DNA of 64,000 bases, taken from the NCBI GenBank assembly GCA_010909165.1, contig MU008168.1:310001-374000 (forward strand), read 5' to 3'. This document shows positions 63,937-64,000 of the stretch, piece by piece. The DNA is from Anthoceros angustus. Its lineage: Eukaryota; Plantae; Anthocerotophyta. The notes beneath the pieces were generated by a model, which saw only the letters and a program-made list of their open reading frames with translations, searched no databases and was not told where the DNA came from. The translations under genes and the position numbers were made by a program. Position 1 is the first letter of the stretch; every line of letters begins with the position of its first letter.

Positions 63937-64000
63937 CTGCAGACACACAAAGGGCAATGGGGCACAGGGAGCGGCAAATTCTTGTGAGTAATTATCAACA

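Overview
Eukaryotic nuclear DNA from a seed-free land plant. The compact, short-intron genes and a flagellar-type gene suggest a hornwort, but that is inference. Host genes from left to right: a cilia-associated protein, FAM136A/DUF842, an orphan 4-exon gene, a VAL/HSI2 B3 repressor, then after a large transposon an HNH protein, tRNA-Ala(UGC), an ATL RING-H2 ligase, a GT61 glycosyltransferase, VPS18, L-LDH, a cyanobacterial-type thylakoid-lumen protein, an IMP-like S26 protein and the last exon of a 2OG-Fe(II) dioxygenase. The centre (13421-44600) is a single Mutator-like element with ~95-100 bp TIRs and an exact TTCACATTG(C) target-site duplication. It carries two convergent genes in MuDR layout. 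One is a SWIM/DDE transposase of the family known in angiosperms as domesticated At4g13970/At1g60560-type genes. The other is an unrelated, intron-containing Sola/DUF7869-like DDE gene. A non-chromoviral Gypsy element (17831-42307) is nested inside, with ~5.5 kb LTRs that contain a long coding-like tract and GTCCGGAC palindrome arrays. The TE block is indel-rich with staggered duplications, probably unpolished long-read assembly, so frameshifts and copy numbers there are unreliable. Family assignments come from recalled motifs; no searches were run.
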